Shown piece after piece: positions 9,485 to 21,300 of a stretch of 64,000 nt of DNA. The notes below the pieces were generated by a model. It searched no databases, was not told the DNA's origin, and saw nothing but the letters and a program-made list of their open reading frames with translations. The stretch spans positions 8,766 through 72,765 of the forward strand of contig CAZBFO010000003.1 of NCBI GenBank assembly GCA_964491475.1, read 5' to 3'. The first letter of the stretch is position 1; every line of letters starts with the position of its first letter. A program made the position numbers and the translations under genes. Source of the DNA: an uncultured Gammaproteobacteria bacterium (GTDB lineage Bacteria > Patescibacteriota > Patescibacteriia > SG8-24).

Positions 9485-9937
9485 ATGACTACCCGAGAGC
9501 GCATCGAAAGCGACTTCACCAGGGAATTCAAAGCACGCAACGCATCCGCCGTGTCCGCACTGCGGATGCTTCGCGCCGCCGTGAAGAACGTGGAGATCGA
9601 CAAGATGCACGCGCTTTCGGAGGAAGAGGTCGTCGACGTGGTCGGCAGGGAGGTCAAGAAACTCCGCGACGGTCTTGAATCGTTCAAGGCTGGCGGACGC
9701 GACGATCTTGCGGCGGGAGTCGCCGCCGAGATCGCGCTGATCGAGACCTACCTCCCGGCCCAGCTCGATGACGCAGCACTGGGTGAACTGGTAGGGAAGA
9801 CCGCGGCCGGCTTGGGTCCGCTCACCGAAAAGGACTTCGGACGGCTCATGAAGGAAGTCATGAAGGCCGCAGCCGGGAAGGCGGACGGGCAAAAGGTCAG
9901 CGCCGCCGTAAAGTCGGCCCTGGCACCAAAGACGTAG
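9485..9937 (+). CDS. GatB/YqeY domain protein
   Basis: LRMLRAAVKN.EI, GRDDLA, YLPAQL, DFGRLMK. Confidence 0.92.
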   Translation: MTTRERIESDFTREFKARNASAVSALRMLRAAVKNVEIDKMHALSEEEVVDVVGREVKKLRDGLESFKAGGRDDLAAGVAAEIALIETYLPAQLDDAALGELVGKTAAGLGPLTEKDFGRLMKEVMKAAAGKADGQKVSAAVKSALAPKT

Positions 9938-9990
9938 GCCAATCCTTCGGCACAAACGCATAAACCCGCTTCGAATCTAACCCTTCTCCC

Positions 9991-12339
9991 ATGCTTGGAA
10001 GAGGTGCGAAACGAAAGAACGGGCAGCCCTGGTGGCTGCAAAAGAAGACCGCCTTTTTGACGCTCGCGGTTTTTCTTTTTGTCGGAACGGCGGTGTTCGG
10101 CCATGCTGTTGCCGCGTTCGCGCAGGTCAATGCCAAGGTCGGCCTCGGCGTCGAGTTTGCCACGGCGACCGGGCTGGCTACAGGCGACATCCGCACCTAC
10201 GTCTCCAAGATCATCCGCTACTTCCTGCTGCTGCTCGGCACCATCGCCGTGATCCTTTGCATGTACGCCGGCTTCCTCTGGATGACGGCCGGCGGCAACG
10301 AAGAAAAGATTTCCCAAGCGAAGAAAATCCTGACTAACGCGGTGATCGGCCTGCTCATCATCGTCGCCGCATACGCCATCGTGGCGTTCATCTTGCAATC
10401 TTTGGGCATCGATACCGGAGGGGGAGTGACTTCGAGCGGATCCGGTTCCTCGGGCGCCTTGTCCGGCGGAGGAAACGGCTCCAGTCAGCTGGGCAACGGC
10501 ATCATCGAGTACCACTATCCGGAACCGGGACAGACCGACGTGCCCCGCAACACCAAGATTTCGATCACCTTCAAGAAGCCGCTGGTGCTGTCGTCGGTCA
10601 TCAAGAACTACAACGACAAGGGCACTTATGATCCTTCCGACGACCTGCTGTGCGCCAGCGGCAATACTTGCGCTACCGGTACCGCGATTACCTCCGGCAC
10701 GGTGCTTTCCCTGAACACCGATAACATCAAGATCATTCCCAACAGCGCCTTGTTGCCTGGCGGTTCGGGCACTATCGACCAGCAATTCACCAATCGGTAT
10801 CCTGCCGCCTCGACCTCTGACGCCACCTCTCGCTTCACCGCCGTGGTGGTGCCGATGACCGCCGGTCAGCAGCAGACCATCGTGCTCAAGCCGGTGGCGC
10901 CGATCGGTTCCGCCACCGAGAACGTGAACTATCGCGTGGCGCTGCGCGGCGGCGACAACGGCGTGAAGGCCTGGACGCTCCCCGCCACCGGCGCGACGCC
11001 CGTTGCCGGTGCGGCCTTCTCGCGCACCTATGCCGACGGCGGCTATTACTGGTCTTTCACCACCAGCACCATCATCGACGTGACGCCGCCGCAGATCACC
11101 TCGGTCGTCTCTTCGACCTCGTACCCGGTCGGAACGCCGAGCACTTCGATCCTGTACCGCAACCAGTTGCTGCAGATCTACTTTAACGAAGCCATCGATC
11201 CGACCACTTCTACCGGCATCATCGGCACCGGTCCGGGCGGGGGATTCACGATCATTTCCGTTACGGGTCAGTGCAAGCCGGGCACCTATGATGCCAGCGG
11301 CGTCAACGACCCGACGAAGTGCGTCTTCAACGGCGGCAATCCCGGTTCCATCGACGGTACCGTGGCCATCGGCAATCGCAGCACCACGCTGGAGTTCACG
11401 CCGAGCACCCTCTGCGAAAACGTGCCCCTGAACTCCTGCGGCGAGCAGGTGTTCTGCCTGCCGAAGAACGTTCAGCTGACGGTGCGCGCGCTGGCCGCTT
11501 CCATCGGAGCCAGCGGTCCTTCCTCCATAGCTTCCGACGGCGTCGTCGACATGGCCGATAACTCCATGGACGGCAACCAGAACGGCACGGCAGAAGGTCG
11601 TCCGTCGGCGGTGCAGACCGTCAATCCGGCGAGGACTGCCGACTTCTACCGAAACAACCCGCAGACTGGCACCGACCTGGACACCGTGGACGACAACGCC
11701 AAATGGGACTATTGGGTGGGGGCGGACGTGGATTTGGTGGCCCCGTTCATCACCGAGATGGACCCGATTCCGCTGGGTAACGGCGCTCCGCTGCAGTATC
11801 CGGCCGGACCTTCGCAGGTGCCTCCGGACTTGGTGCCCGCGATCACCTGGAGCAAGGTCATGAGCATCGGCTCCATCCGCACCGGCGCGTTCGACGAATC
11901 GACGAAATCCTACACGCCGCCCACGTCGACGCTTTCGCTCCGTTCAAACGAATGCAAGAAGAACGGCGCCGACGCCTGCAAGCCGGGCGTGGCCTGCGCC
12001 TGCACGCCTGTCGAAGCTCCGGGATACTTCATCGACTCCGGCCTGCCTATAGCGGGATCGAACGGCGCCTTCTTTACCAAGATGCGCTTCCTGCATCCGG
12101 TCCGTCCGTTTTTTACGGCGAACGATCTCGGGTATACTGATGCTGACGTGCTGGCAGGCGCGAACATCCCCATGTACGTGCCCATCTCGCGGGCCCAACT
12201 GCGCGACACCCGGCAGAACTGCTTCTACCCCAGCAAGTACACCTCGTGCAGTACCAATCCTTCCACCGGTCAAACGTCCTGCTGCAACAGCCAAGTGACG
12301 GCAGACGGCACGTTCCTCACTACGTGCACGCCCAACTAG
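9991..12339 (+). CDS. TrbC/VirB2-like pilin fused to Ig-like (Big_5/SbsA-type) and Cys-rich domains
   Basis: Signal-like N-terminus; two-TM pilin module YAGFLWMTAGGNEEKISQAKKILTNAVIGL; YPEPGQTDVPRNTKISITF...WSFTT Ig-like signatures. Confidence 0.8.
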   Translation: MLGRGAKRKNGQPWWLQKKTAFLTLAVFLFVGTAVFGHAVAAFAQVNAKVGLGVEFATATGLATGDIRTYVSKIIRYFLLLLGTIAVILCMYAGFLWMTAGGNEEKISQAKKILTNAVIGLLIIVAAYAIVAFILQSLGIDTGGGVTSSGSGSSGALSGGGNGSSQLGNGIIEYHYPEPGQTDVPRNTKISITFKKPLVLSSVIKNYNDKGTYDPSDDLLCASGNTCATGTAITSGTVLSLNTDNIKIIPNSALLPGGSGTIDQQFTNRYPAASTSDATSRFTAVVVPMTAGQQQTIVLKPVAPIGSATENVNYRVALRGGDNGVKAWTLPATGATPVAGAAFSRTYADGGYYWSFTTSTIIDVTPPQITSVVSSTSYPVGTPSTSILYRNQLLQIYFNEAIDPTTSTGIIGTGPGGGFTIISVTGQCKPGTYDASGVNDPTKCVFNGGNPGSIDGTVAIGNRSTTLEFTPSTLCENVPLNSCGEQVFCLPKNVQLTVRALAASIGASGPSSIASDGVVDMADNSMDGNQNGTAEGRPSAVQTVNPARTADFYRNNPQTGTDLDTVDDNAKWDYWVGADVDLVAPFITEMDPIPLGNGAPLQYPAGPSQVPPDLVPAITWSKVMSIGSIRTGAFDESTKSYTPPTSTLSLRSNECKKNGADACKPGVACACTPVEAPGYFIDSGLPIAGSNGAFFTKMRFLHPVRPFFTANDLGYTDADVLAGANIPMYVPISRAQLRDTRQNCFYPSKYTSCSTNPSTGQTSCCNSQVTADGTFLTTCTPN

Positions 12340-12349
12340 TGCTGACGCA

Positions 12350-15300
12350 ATGACTGCCATGACCACTTTCGTGAAAACCACACTCAAAAAGATTCGGAAC
12401 GCGTCGGCTGCGATAGCCGTCGCGTTTCTGGCGCTTCCGGTGGCCGTGTACGCGGCCGGTCCCGACCTCGGTTTGTCGTATGCAACTGCTACCGGACTGA
12501 CCACCACGGACATCCGCACGGTCATTGCCAGGATCATCAGCTACTTCCTGGGACTGCTCGGGCTGATCGCCCTGCTGCTGATTCTGTATGCGGGCTTCAC
12601 CTGGATGACTGCCGGCGGCAACGAAGAAAAGGTCAGCCAGGCCAAGCGCATCCTCACGCAAGCGGTCATCGGCCTCGTCATCATCATGTCGGCATTCGCC
12701 ATCACGCAGTTCGTCATCGGCGCGATTACCGAGGGAACTTTGGGAGGCAACACCTCGAACAGCGGCTGCACCACTCCGGGGGGGTGCTGCCCCGCCGGCC
12801 AGATCTGCAGCGGCCTGTCCGGAGGAGGGGGATTCAACGTTACCGGCATCACTCCGGCGGGCGCAGGCCCTGGTAATGGCGGCTGGCCCAAGAATTCCTC
12901 GCTCTCGGTCAATTTCAACGCCAACGTCAACATGGCCAGCGCCACCTCCACCAACGTGCAGGTGTTCAAATGCAATCCGCGTTTGGTGAACGGGGCCGCT
13001 TCGCCCTTCAATTACAATTCCTGCAATACGCCGGTGGCCGGCACCATCACCGCTGGCGGCAGCGGCAACCGCATTGACTTCCAGCCGACTGGCACGCCGG
13101 GACCGAACCCGACCGATTTCGAGGCCGATTTCTGGTACAAGATCAGCGTGCAGGGTCAGGCGGTGACCTCGCAGGCCGGCGATCCGCTGCAGTGCCCGCT
13201 TTTCACCTCGGACATTTCTTTGCCGACCGCCCTGAACTCCTATTGCGCTCGCGCCGTGGCTTTCAACGACAAGCGTGACACGCAACCGCCGACGGTCACG
13301 ATCGGCTCTCCGGTCTCGCCGCCCCCGTATTGCGCTTCTTCTTCCGGCGGCAGCCTGGTGCAGGTGATAGCCACGGGCAATGACGACTTCATGGTCGCGG
13401 GCGTCGACTACCTGCTCGACGGCGGCAGTTCCGGCCTGACCGACGTGCGCGGCGTTCCGTTGTCGTCCTCCGTCAACAACGCGGCCGCATTGCCGTTCAA
13501 CTCCGCTGACATCTACGCGGACATCGGCAAGTTGGCGCCGGGCATGCATTCGGTGAGCGCCGTGGCGCGGGACGGCGTGCCGCAGATGAGCTCGACCGCG
13601 CAAACGCAGTTCAAGGTGAACGCGCCGCATTGCTGCAACAACGTGCTCGACACCGCGCAAGGCGAGACCGGCAAGGACTGCGGAGGGGAGTGCGGCTCCT
13701 GCGTCGGAGGGTCCTGCACCGCCACTGCCGATTGCGCCGCGGGTGCGGTCTGCGTCAGCGGCAAATGCGTTACGCAGCCGACGATCACCAGCATCAACAC
13801 CTATTCCGCCGGGCCCGGCACGTACATCACCATCAAGGGAACCGGTTTCGGCACGATTGCCGGCACGGTCACGTTCCTCGGCGCCGCCGGCGACGGCGAC
13901 GACAAGATCGCGCAGGCCTGCGCCGCCAACCAGGGCTGGTCCGACACGCAGGTCATCGTGATCGTCCCTGCGGGCGCAGTCGACGGTCCCATCAAGCTGG
14001 CCGCATCGACGGGATTCGACGCCACCAACGATGCCAACGGCCCGCAGCTGCCTGATTTCAAGATCACTACCGCGACCGCCCCCGGCATCTGCTATCTCGA
14101 TCCGGCTTCCGGAGCTGCTGGCACCAAGTTTGCCATCAACGGCGCGGGCTTCGGGGCTACCATCGGCACGAGCTTCGTGCAGGTGGGATCGACGCAGGCG
14201 ACTGTCGTGACCTGCGGCACGGGCGATACCGACTGCGGTTGGAGCGACTCCCGCATCTGGGTGACGACGCCGCCGATCGCCGAAGGGGATTATCCCGTCA
14301 CTGCAACCGTCAACGGCACGCTTTCCAATCCGAGCACCTACGTGATCAGGCCGGCAGACCCGTTGGCCAGGCCCACCGTCACCGGTGTCATTCCCGAATC
14401 CGGCCCCGTCGGCACCTATGTCACCATCCAAGGTCTGCACTTCGGCACGCGCAAGGGCGTGGTGAAGTTCCTTTACGGCTCCGGCCTCACGGCCGAGGTC
14501 GCCCTTTCCGACGATCCCGTCTGCAGCGACAACTGGCACGACAACTACATCATCGTGAAGGTGCCGGCCAAATATAAGAGCACCTTGCCCGTCAACGCCT
14601 CCAACGCGGGCGTGTCGCATGGCATCCAAGTGGAGACGTCGACGCCCACGCAGATCAGCAACAACAATATTTCTTTCGGCGTGAACTTGGATCCGCTGCG
14701 CCCCGGCATCTGCTCGCTCAAGCCGGACAACGGTCCGGCTGCCAGCAATGTGACCGTGAACGGCGAAGGGTTCAACGGGGGAGGGCAGACGCCGTCTTCG
14801 CCGGGAGCCGCCTCCTCGCCACGGTTCAGCCTTGAATTCTACAAGACCGTCGGCAAGCACTGTCTCTACAGCCCGGCGACCGCCTGCGACGCATTGGCGC
14901 TCGGCACGGCCTGTCCCACTTCGGGTCAGGGCGTTTGCGTCCCCAACACCTTGCCTGCGCCGTTGTTCCGCAGCTGGAGCGACACCACGATCGAAGGGGT
15001 GGTCGCCGGCATTACCACCGACAAGGCCACCTGGCCGAAGACCGGTCCGGTGTACGTCATCGCCAACAACCAGTTGAGCGCCAACGCGGTACCGTTCACC
15101 GTGCAGGACTGCAACCAGGCGGGCATCACTTGCCCCGTCGGCAATCAGTGCTGCTCGAACGGCGCCTGCCAGACCAGCTGCGTGCCTGCCGCCAAGACCA
15201 GCGCCTACGGCTGGCAGTTCAGCACCAGCGTGCTGCCTGCGCTGCCCTATGTCATCGAGCGTGCGCAATGCGACATCGATGCCAAGCTGTTCCAGAGCCC

Positions 15301-18300
15301 GTCGCCGGCGCACGACAGTCAGGATGCCTGCAAGAACGCCCAGGCATACTTCGAGTTCAGCAGGCCGCTCGACACCTCGACCATCAGCAACTCGACCGTG
15401 AAGGCGGACAAATGCGGCACCGGCGATACGCCTGACTGCACGACACCGGTTTCCGTCGCCATGACCATCGGTCAGTCGTCTTTTACCGGTTGCGACGCCC
15501 TGAATCCCGCAAATTGTACCGGCTTCCAGACGCAGCCGAGTCCCGGCTACAACGGCGGCTTCTGGGAAAAGAAGGCCTGGTACCGTGTCACGCTGGTTTC
15601 CAATCCCGCGACCGGCATCGGTCTCCGGGAACCGGGTCCCACGGGTAAGTTCCTGGACGGAGATTTGGACAAGAAGCAGGGCGGCAACTACGTCACCATG
15701 TTCCGCGTTCGCGACAGCGATGACCCGTGCCAGATCGCCAACGTGCTCGTGGCGGCTTCTCGCCAGCTCATCGCCGACGACCAGAACCCCATCGGCTTCA
15801 ACGCCAACCCCATTGCCGCGAACTGCAACGTCCTCACCTGCGACGACAATCAGTACAACATTTCCTGGATTGCCGTTCCGGCCTACCTGACCACCAACAT
15901 CGCGCCGATGTCCCAGCCGACGTCGCAGTGCACCCGAAAGGCGTTGGCGCTCAAGGAGACTCCTCCGGGCCTGACGACCCCGTTCACTGCCACGATGTCC
16001 TCCAAGCCCTCGGGTCCGCCGAAGTCCGGCCAATCCGACGTCACGGTGAAGTTTGCCGATCCGAAGGTCATCGCCGTGAGTCCTACCAACGGCTGCACGC
16101 AGGCATGCATCAACGCGGCGATAACCGCGACGTTCAACGTGCCGATGAACGCCGCTTCGTTGAGCGCGTCCAACGTGCAGGTGCAGATCTGCCGCAACGA
16201 CACCTGCGCGCCGCCGTACCTGCCGTTGCCGAACGGTTTCACCTACACCACCTCCTTGTCACCGGACGGCTTCAAGCTGACGGTCAACAAGTCGATGGAC
16301 TTCGCCGTCAACACCTCGTACATCGTGCGCATCCTCGGCGACAATCCGGCTACGCCGGCGATCGAGGGCGCCTACAGCTTGAGCGGCGTGCCGCTTTCCG
16401 GCCTCAACGACGGCCAGAGCTTCTCTTGGAAGTTCCGCACCAAGAACGACCCCTCGCGCTGTGCCGTGGCCAGCACCAAGCTTGAACCCAAATCGGCAAT
16501 CCTGCGGTTCGTAGGTGACAGGGAGGACCTGACCGGCACCGGTTACGGTTCGGCCGATGCCTGCAATCCCGACGGTCAGGAACTCGACACCAGCACCACC
16601 AACTGGCTGTGGACTTTCGACAACCCGAATTTGGTGCTGCAAGGTTTCGTCCATGGCGACGATCTGGCCGGTCCGTACCAGTTCTGGAAGCCGGAAGTGA
16701 AAGCGACGCAATCCACCGTGGTCGACACCAAGCCGCATCCGGTGCTCGGTTGCAGCTCCAGCTGCCTCTACTCCGGCTCGCAGGATTCCTTGCCGGCCTG
16801 CGGCGACGGCATCGTCGACAGCAAGTTCGAGGCATGCGACCTTGGTCCCGCCAACGGCACCGGTCCGTGCAACAAGAACTGCACCTGGCGCGGCAATACC
16901 GCGGCAAACGGCTGCGGTGACGGCAACGTCGACCCCACCAAGGGAGAGGAGTGCGACATGATCAGCGGCGTGTTCCCGCCGGGCTGCAAGAAGCCCGACG
17001 TGGTCGATCCGAACGGCATCTTCGCCACCAACATCGGCTGCATCATGACCGGCGCTTCGACCGTGCCGGGGACGCAGTGCGGCAACGGCCTGATCGGCGA
17101 CGGCGAAGAGTGCGACGACGGCAGCTTGAGCAACGGCGACGGCTGCAACTCGGACTGTCTGCTTGAAGGTTCGCGTCCGTCATGCGTAATCGATCCGACC
17201 AATCCGCAGTGCATCGGCGTCTGCGGCAACGGCAAGCTGGAACCCGGCGAAGACCCTGATTGCGAGAAGGCAGGCGTTTCGCCGTCCACGCTCAACTGCA
17301 GCCCACACACTTGCCTCAAGAACGGCACTTCGGCTTGTGGCACGCCAAACGACCTCAACTGCTGCGGTAATGGCAAGGCTGATCCGGGCGAAGACCCCGC
17401 ATGCGACACCGTCAACGGCATTCCCCTGTACTGCACCACGCGATGCCTGCTCAAAGGCTCCTCGGCTTTCTACGACAAGCCGTCGTTCTGCGGTGACGGC
17501 TACAAGGGAGCGGGGGAAGTGGCTTCCTGCGAGCCCACCGGCAACGGCGACGGTAACACCGACGGCTACCAGGCGACGGTGGCCAACACCCAGCCCGGCT
17601 TCGACGCCACCAATCCGGCCGGCAGCATGAGCACGGTGAAGGGTTCGATTGCCGGCGTCAGCGACGCCAAATCCGGCCGATCCCAGATCACGCTTAGCTG
17701 CACCTGCAAGAACGAGCCTGTAAATTCCCAGGACACCTTCTGCGCCAACCTCCGCCCCGACTTGGCTTGCGCCGACAACGGCTGCTGCATGCCCAGGCCG
17801 ACGGTGGAACGCGTGGAGCCGACCACCTTCAACTCGTGCCGCAACGCGCTTGTGACCATGGTGTTCAGCGAGGTCATGGATGACTCCTCCGTCACCAAGA
17901 ACTTCATGATCGGCTTCGGCAACGGCAACGACGCTTGCCCGCAAGGGACCGTCGAAGTGCCTGCCGCCTACGTGCCGCAGTCTTTCTGGGTACGGTTGTG
18001 GCAGGGGATGGTCAACTTCCTGAAGGACACCTTCATCCGTCCCGTCTTCGGCGTCAGCGGCAACGACGCCGGTTACGACCAGCAGAAATTCTGCAGCGTC
18101 AAGGGCAACGCGATCATGTTCGTCGACGGTACCGGTCCGACCAAGAAATCGGTGCTGACCTTCACGCCTTCCCACGCTTACCCGACAGACAAGTACATGC
18201 GCATTCGCCTGAACGCCGGTGCCAAATCCGCCAGGGGCGTGCCTTTGTCCATCACGAATACCAGCGGTGCAGGCGGTTATACCGCTTACTTCGGCACCGG

Positions 18301-21300
18301 TTCCACGATTTGCGCCGTCCAGAAGGTGACGGTCAATCCGCCGTCCATCCTGCTTTCGTCGGTCGATGACCAGCAGGTCGTCATGGCAAACGCCGTGGCT
18401 GCCGGCGGGCAGGCCATCGCGCCTACGCCCGAATACGCCTGGGGCTGGTCATGGGACACGTATCCCTCGCAGCCGGTCTCCACGGCCGCCCCGCTGGTGA
18501 TTACCCCTCGCGTCTCCAACATCACCGCCTGCTCCCTCGGTGCCAAGTGCACCGCTGCCGGCGGCTGTCCGTGCTACATCGATTCCGGTTCGGCCCTGTG
18601 TACCGTTGCCGGCGGCGCCGATTCCTGCACGGGCACCGTCACTGAAACCCTGCCGATTGCCGATCTGCGCGTTCGCGGCTCCAAGGCCGCAGACGGCGCC
18701 TATTCGCCGAAGAACAGCAAGGGGCAGCTGCCGATCAACGCCAAGGCGGTCATCGCCAACGAATGCGTGCTGCCGTCGGTCTGCACCTCGCCCTCGGGTT
18801 GCAACTGCGGCGTCGGCCCGTCCTCCTGCACGGTCATCAACGGCGCCACGTCCTGCGCGGTTCTCTCCGGTTCGGGCGTCTCCGTAATCAGCTCGCAAAC
18901 CACCACGGGCACCGGTTCCGCCGTGGTAATGCTCTGCAAGCACCCGTGGCCGAATTATCACGCCTGTGTCGGTCAAGGTTGCTATACGGACATCTGGGAG
19001 CCGTATTCTCCGTTGGAATTCCCCGGCGTGGCCTTCTACTACTGCCGCGATTTGGGCAAGACGGGCGCCACATCGATGGCGCCTGGGCAGCCTGTCGCGG
19101 ACGCCGCCGGGGGAACGAAGCCTGCCAAGTCCGCCTTGCTCGCCGGCTCCACTGCTCCCGCGACCACGCTGCCGTGTCTCAAGGAGACTCCCGCCAGCGT
19201 AGCGGCGCCGGTACCGGGCATTCTTCGCGAGTACCTGTTCACTTATGAGTCGAATCTTAGCAATTGCCCTGATGGTCCGCAGTCTGCGGGCGCGCCATGG
19301 CTAAACGACGCTTTCGGCCTGCGCGTTTCGTCGAACGAGAAGCACGTGAGCATCGGCGATTGGTACTTCGGCCGAGGTTTCCGCGGCAATCCGACCCCGA
19401 AGGCGGTTGACGGTTATGGCGCCCTTAGCGAGGGCCGAACCACCTACGTCAGCGCCGCATTCCGAAAGGCAAGCTCGCAGAAGCTCTACACCAACTCATA
19501 CATCCTCTCGTACAGCGACAATTCCGCTCCGGAGACTTCCGCCATCTACGACCAGATACTAGCGAACGTCGATTTCAATGCGGATCCCGACCTGCAGAAC
19601 TTCGGCGCGTGCCGCCTCGGTCCGTCGCGAACCGACGCCATGGTGCTTTGCACCGTCGATAACGACTGCCGCGTCGACAGCTTCGGCAGGCCCGTTCCCG
19701 GCCGTGAGCAGTACAAGTGCGACGCGGCGACCCATACCGGGTGCGTCACCGATAAAAACGTCGCCGCGCCTGATGCCGGCAACCCTGTCGCTTGCGGCAC
19801 CGATTACGACTGCCTCGTCGGCGCTGGCGGCACTTCGCTGAATCGCCCCGCAACGGTCACCTGCGACGTGCCCAAGGCCAAGCTCACGCGCGACGTGAAG
19901 CGATGGTCCGACCTGCTGTCGCTGCGCGATTCGCTGGTCGCCAAGGCGACGGAGACCGGCTCGTTCCCCAAACTTGATGCCGGAACCTTCCTGCGCGCCC
20001 AAACGAACAGCACTTGGCCTTCGTGGGGTGATGCGTTCGCCAAGGGCGTCGGCGGTACCGTGCCGAACGATCCTGTGAACCAGCATGCCGTCTGCGCGGG
20101 TCCGAACCAGCCTTACGACCCCAAGACCTGCTGGGATGCCAACAGGCGTCAGTACGTCTGTCCTCAAGGTTCGCACGTCTACGAGTACCAGAGTTTCGGC
20201 GGCGTCGACTTCTGGCTGCGCAACGATTTCGAGTACGACGTGCTCGGCGATTCCTGGGCCGGCGGCACCTGCCTCGACAAGACCGATCTCGCCTCCTGCA
20301 TCGCCGATCCGATGTGCGGCGGCACCTGCAGCAACAACAAGGCGCAATCTTGCACCGACAGCGGAGATTGCAACGGCGGCACCTGCCAGGTTCCGTGCAA
20401 CTTCCGACTCGGCAAGGTCATCTTCGGCGCAGGGAATTCTGCTTCCTGCCAGGGCGTGCCGATCAGCCCGACCAGTGGCGGTTCCTGCGGTGACGGCATC
20501 CTGCAGGACAACCAGTCTGATCCCGCCAAGAACGAAGTCTGTGAAATCCGCATGACCCAGTCGCAGGCCTGCAACTCCGACCCTGCTAAGCTGGTACAGA
20601 AGCAGGGTGCTTATACGCAGACCTGCAATTCGCAGTGCAACGGCTGGGTGACGCAGGGCGTGTGCACCGCAAGCAGCCAACGTGCCGGGTTTATCTGCGT
20701 CACGAGCGCTGATTGCGGCACGGGCGGTTCCTGCATCACCTGGACCGATTTCCGCTGCAACGGCGAGGCGGGCAACGCCAAGAACGGCGCCGCCTGCGTC
20801 AAGGATTCCGACTGCACTGATGGCGCCAAGAAGGGCGTCTGCGCCAGCGCATGCCAAGGCGGCCGATGCGGCGACGGCGCCGTGCAGGCTCCCGAGCAGT
20901 GCGATGACGGCGCGTTGAACGGCACCTACGGTCATTGCAAGGCGGACTGCACCGCAGTCGGCTTCTCCTGCGGTGACTCGCTGCGCCAGCCCAACGAGGC
21001 TTGTGACTGCGGCGGCGCCAACGGCCAATATGCCTTCAACGGCATCAAGGCCGCGGCGTCCAACACCAATGCTCCCAACCAGTGTCTCCAGAACCCGGCC
21101 GGTTTCAACGTTTACTCGTGCTCTTGGGACTGCAGCGGCGCGGGTCCGCGCTGCGGCGACGGCATAGTCAACGGCACCGCCGAAAAGTGCGACGGCGGCT
21201 TCGAGGAGTTCAAGGGATTCTGCAACGATGCCGCCCAGACGGGCTGCAACGCCACTGCGAACTGCCCCGCGATCGGTACATGCGTTGGCGGCAAATGCAG

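Noticed and set aside
12320-16033. 1237-aa minus-strand ORF and other long antisense ORFs (935..2476, 4842..6158, 19559..21787, 43725..45701, 50836..53187, 57054..59342, 61691..63700)
   Set aside because: Shadow ORFs produced by GC3-biased codons on the opposite coding strand; no motifs
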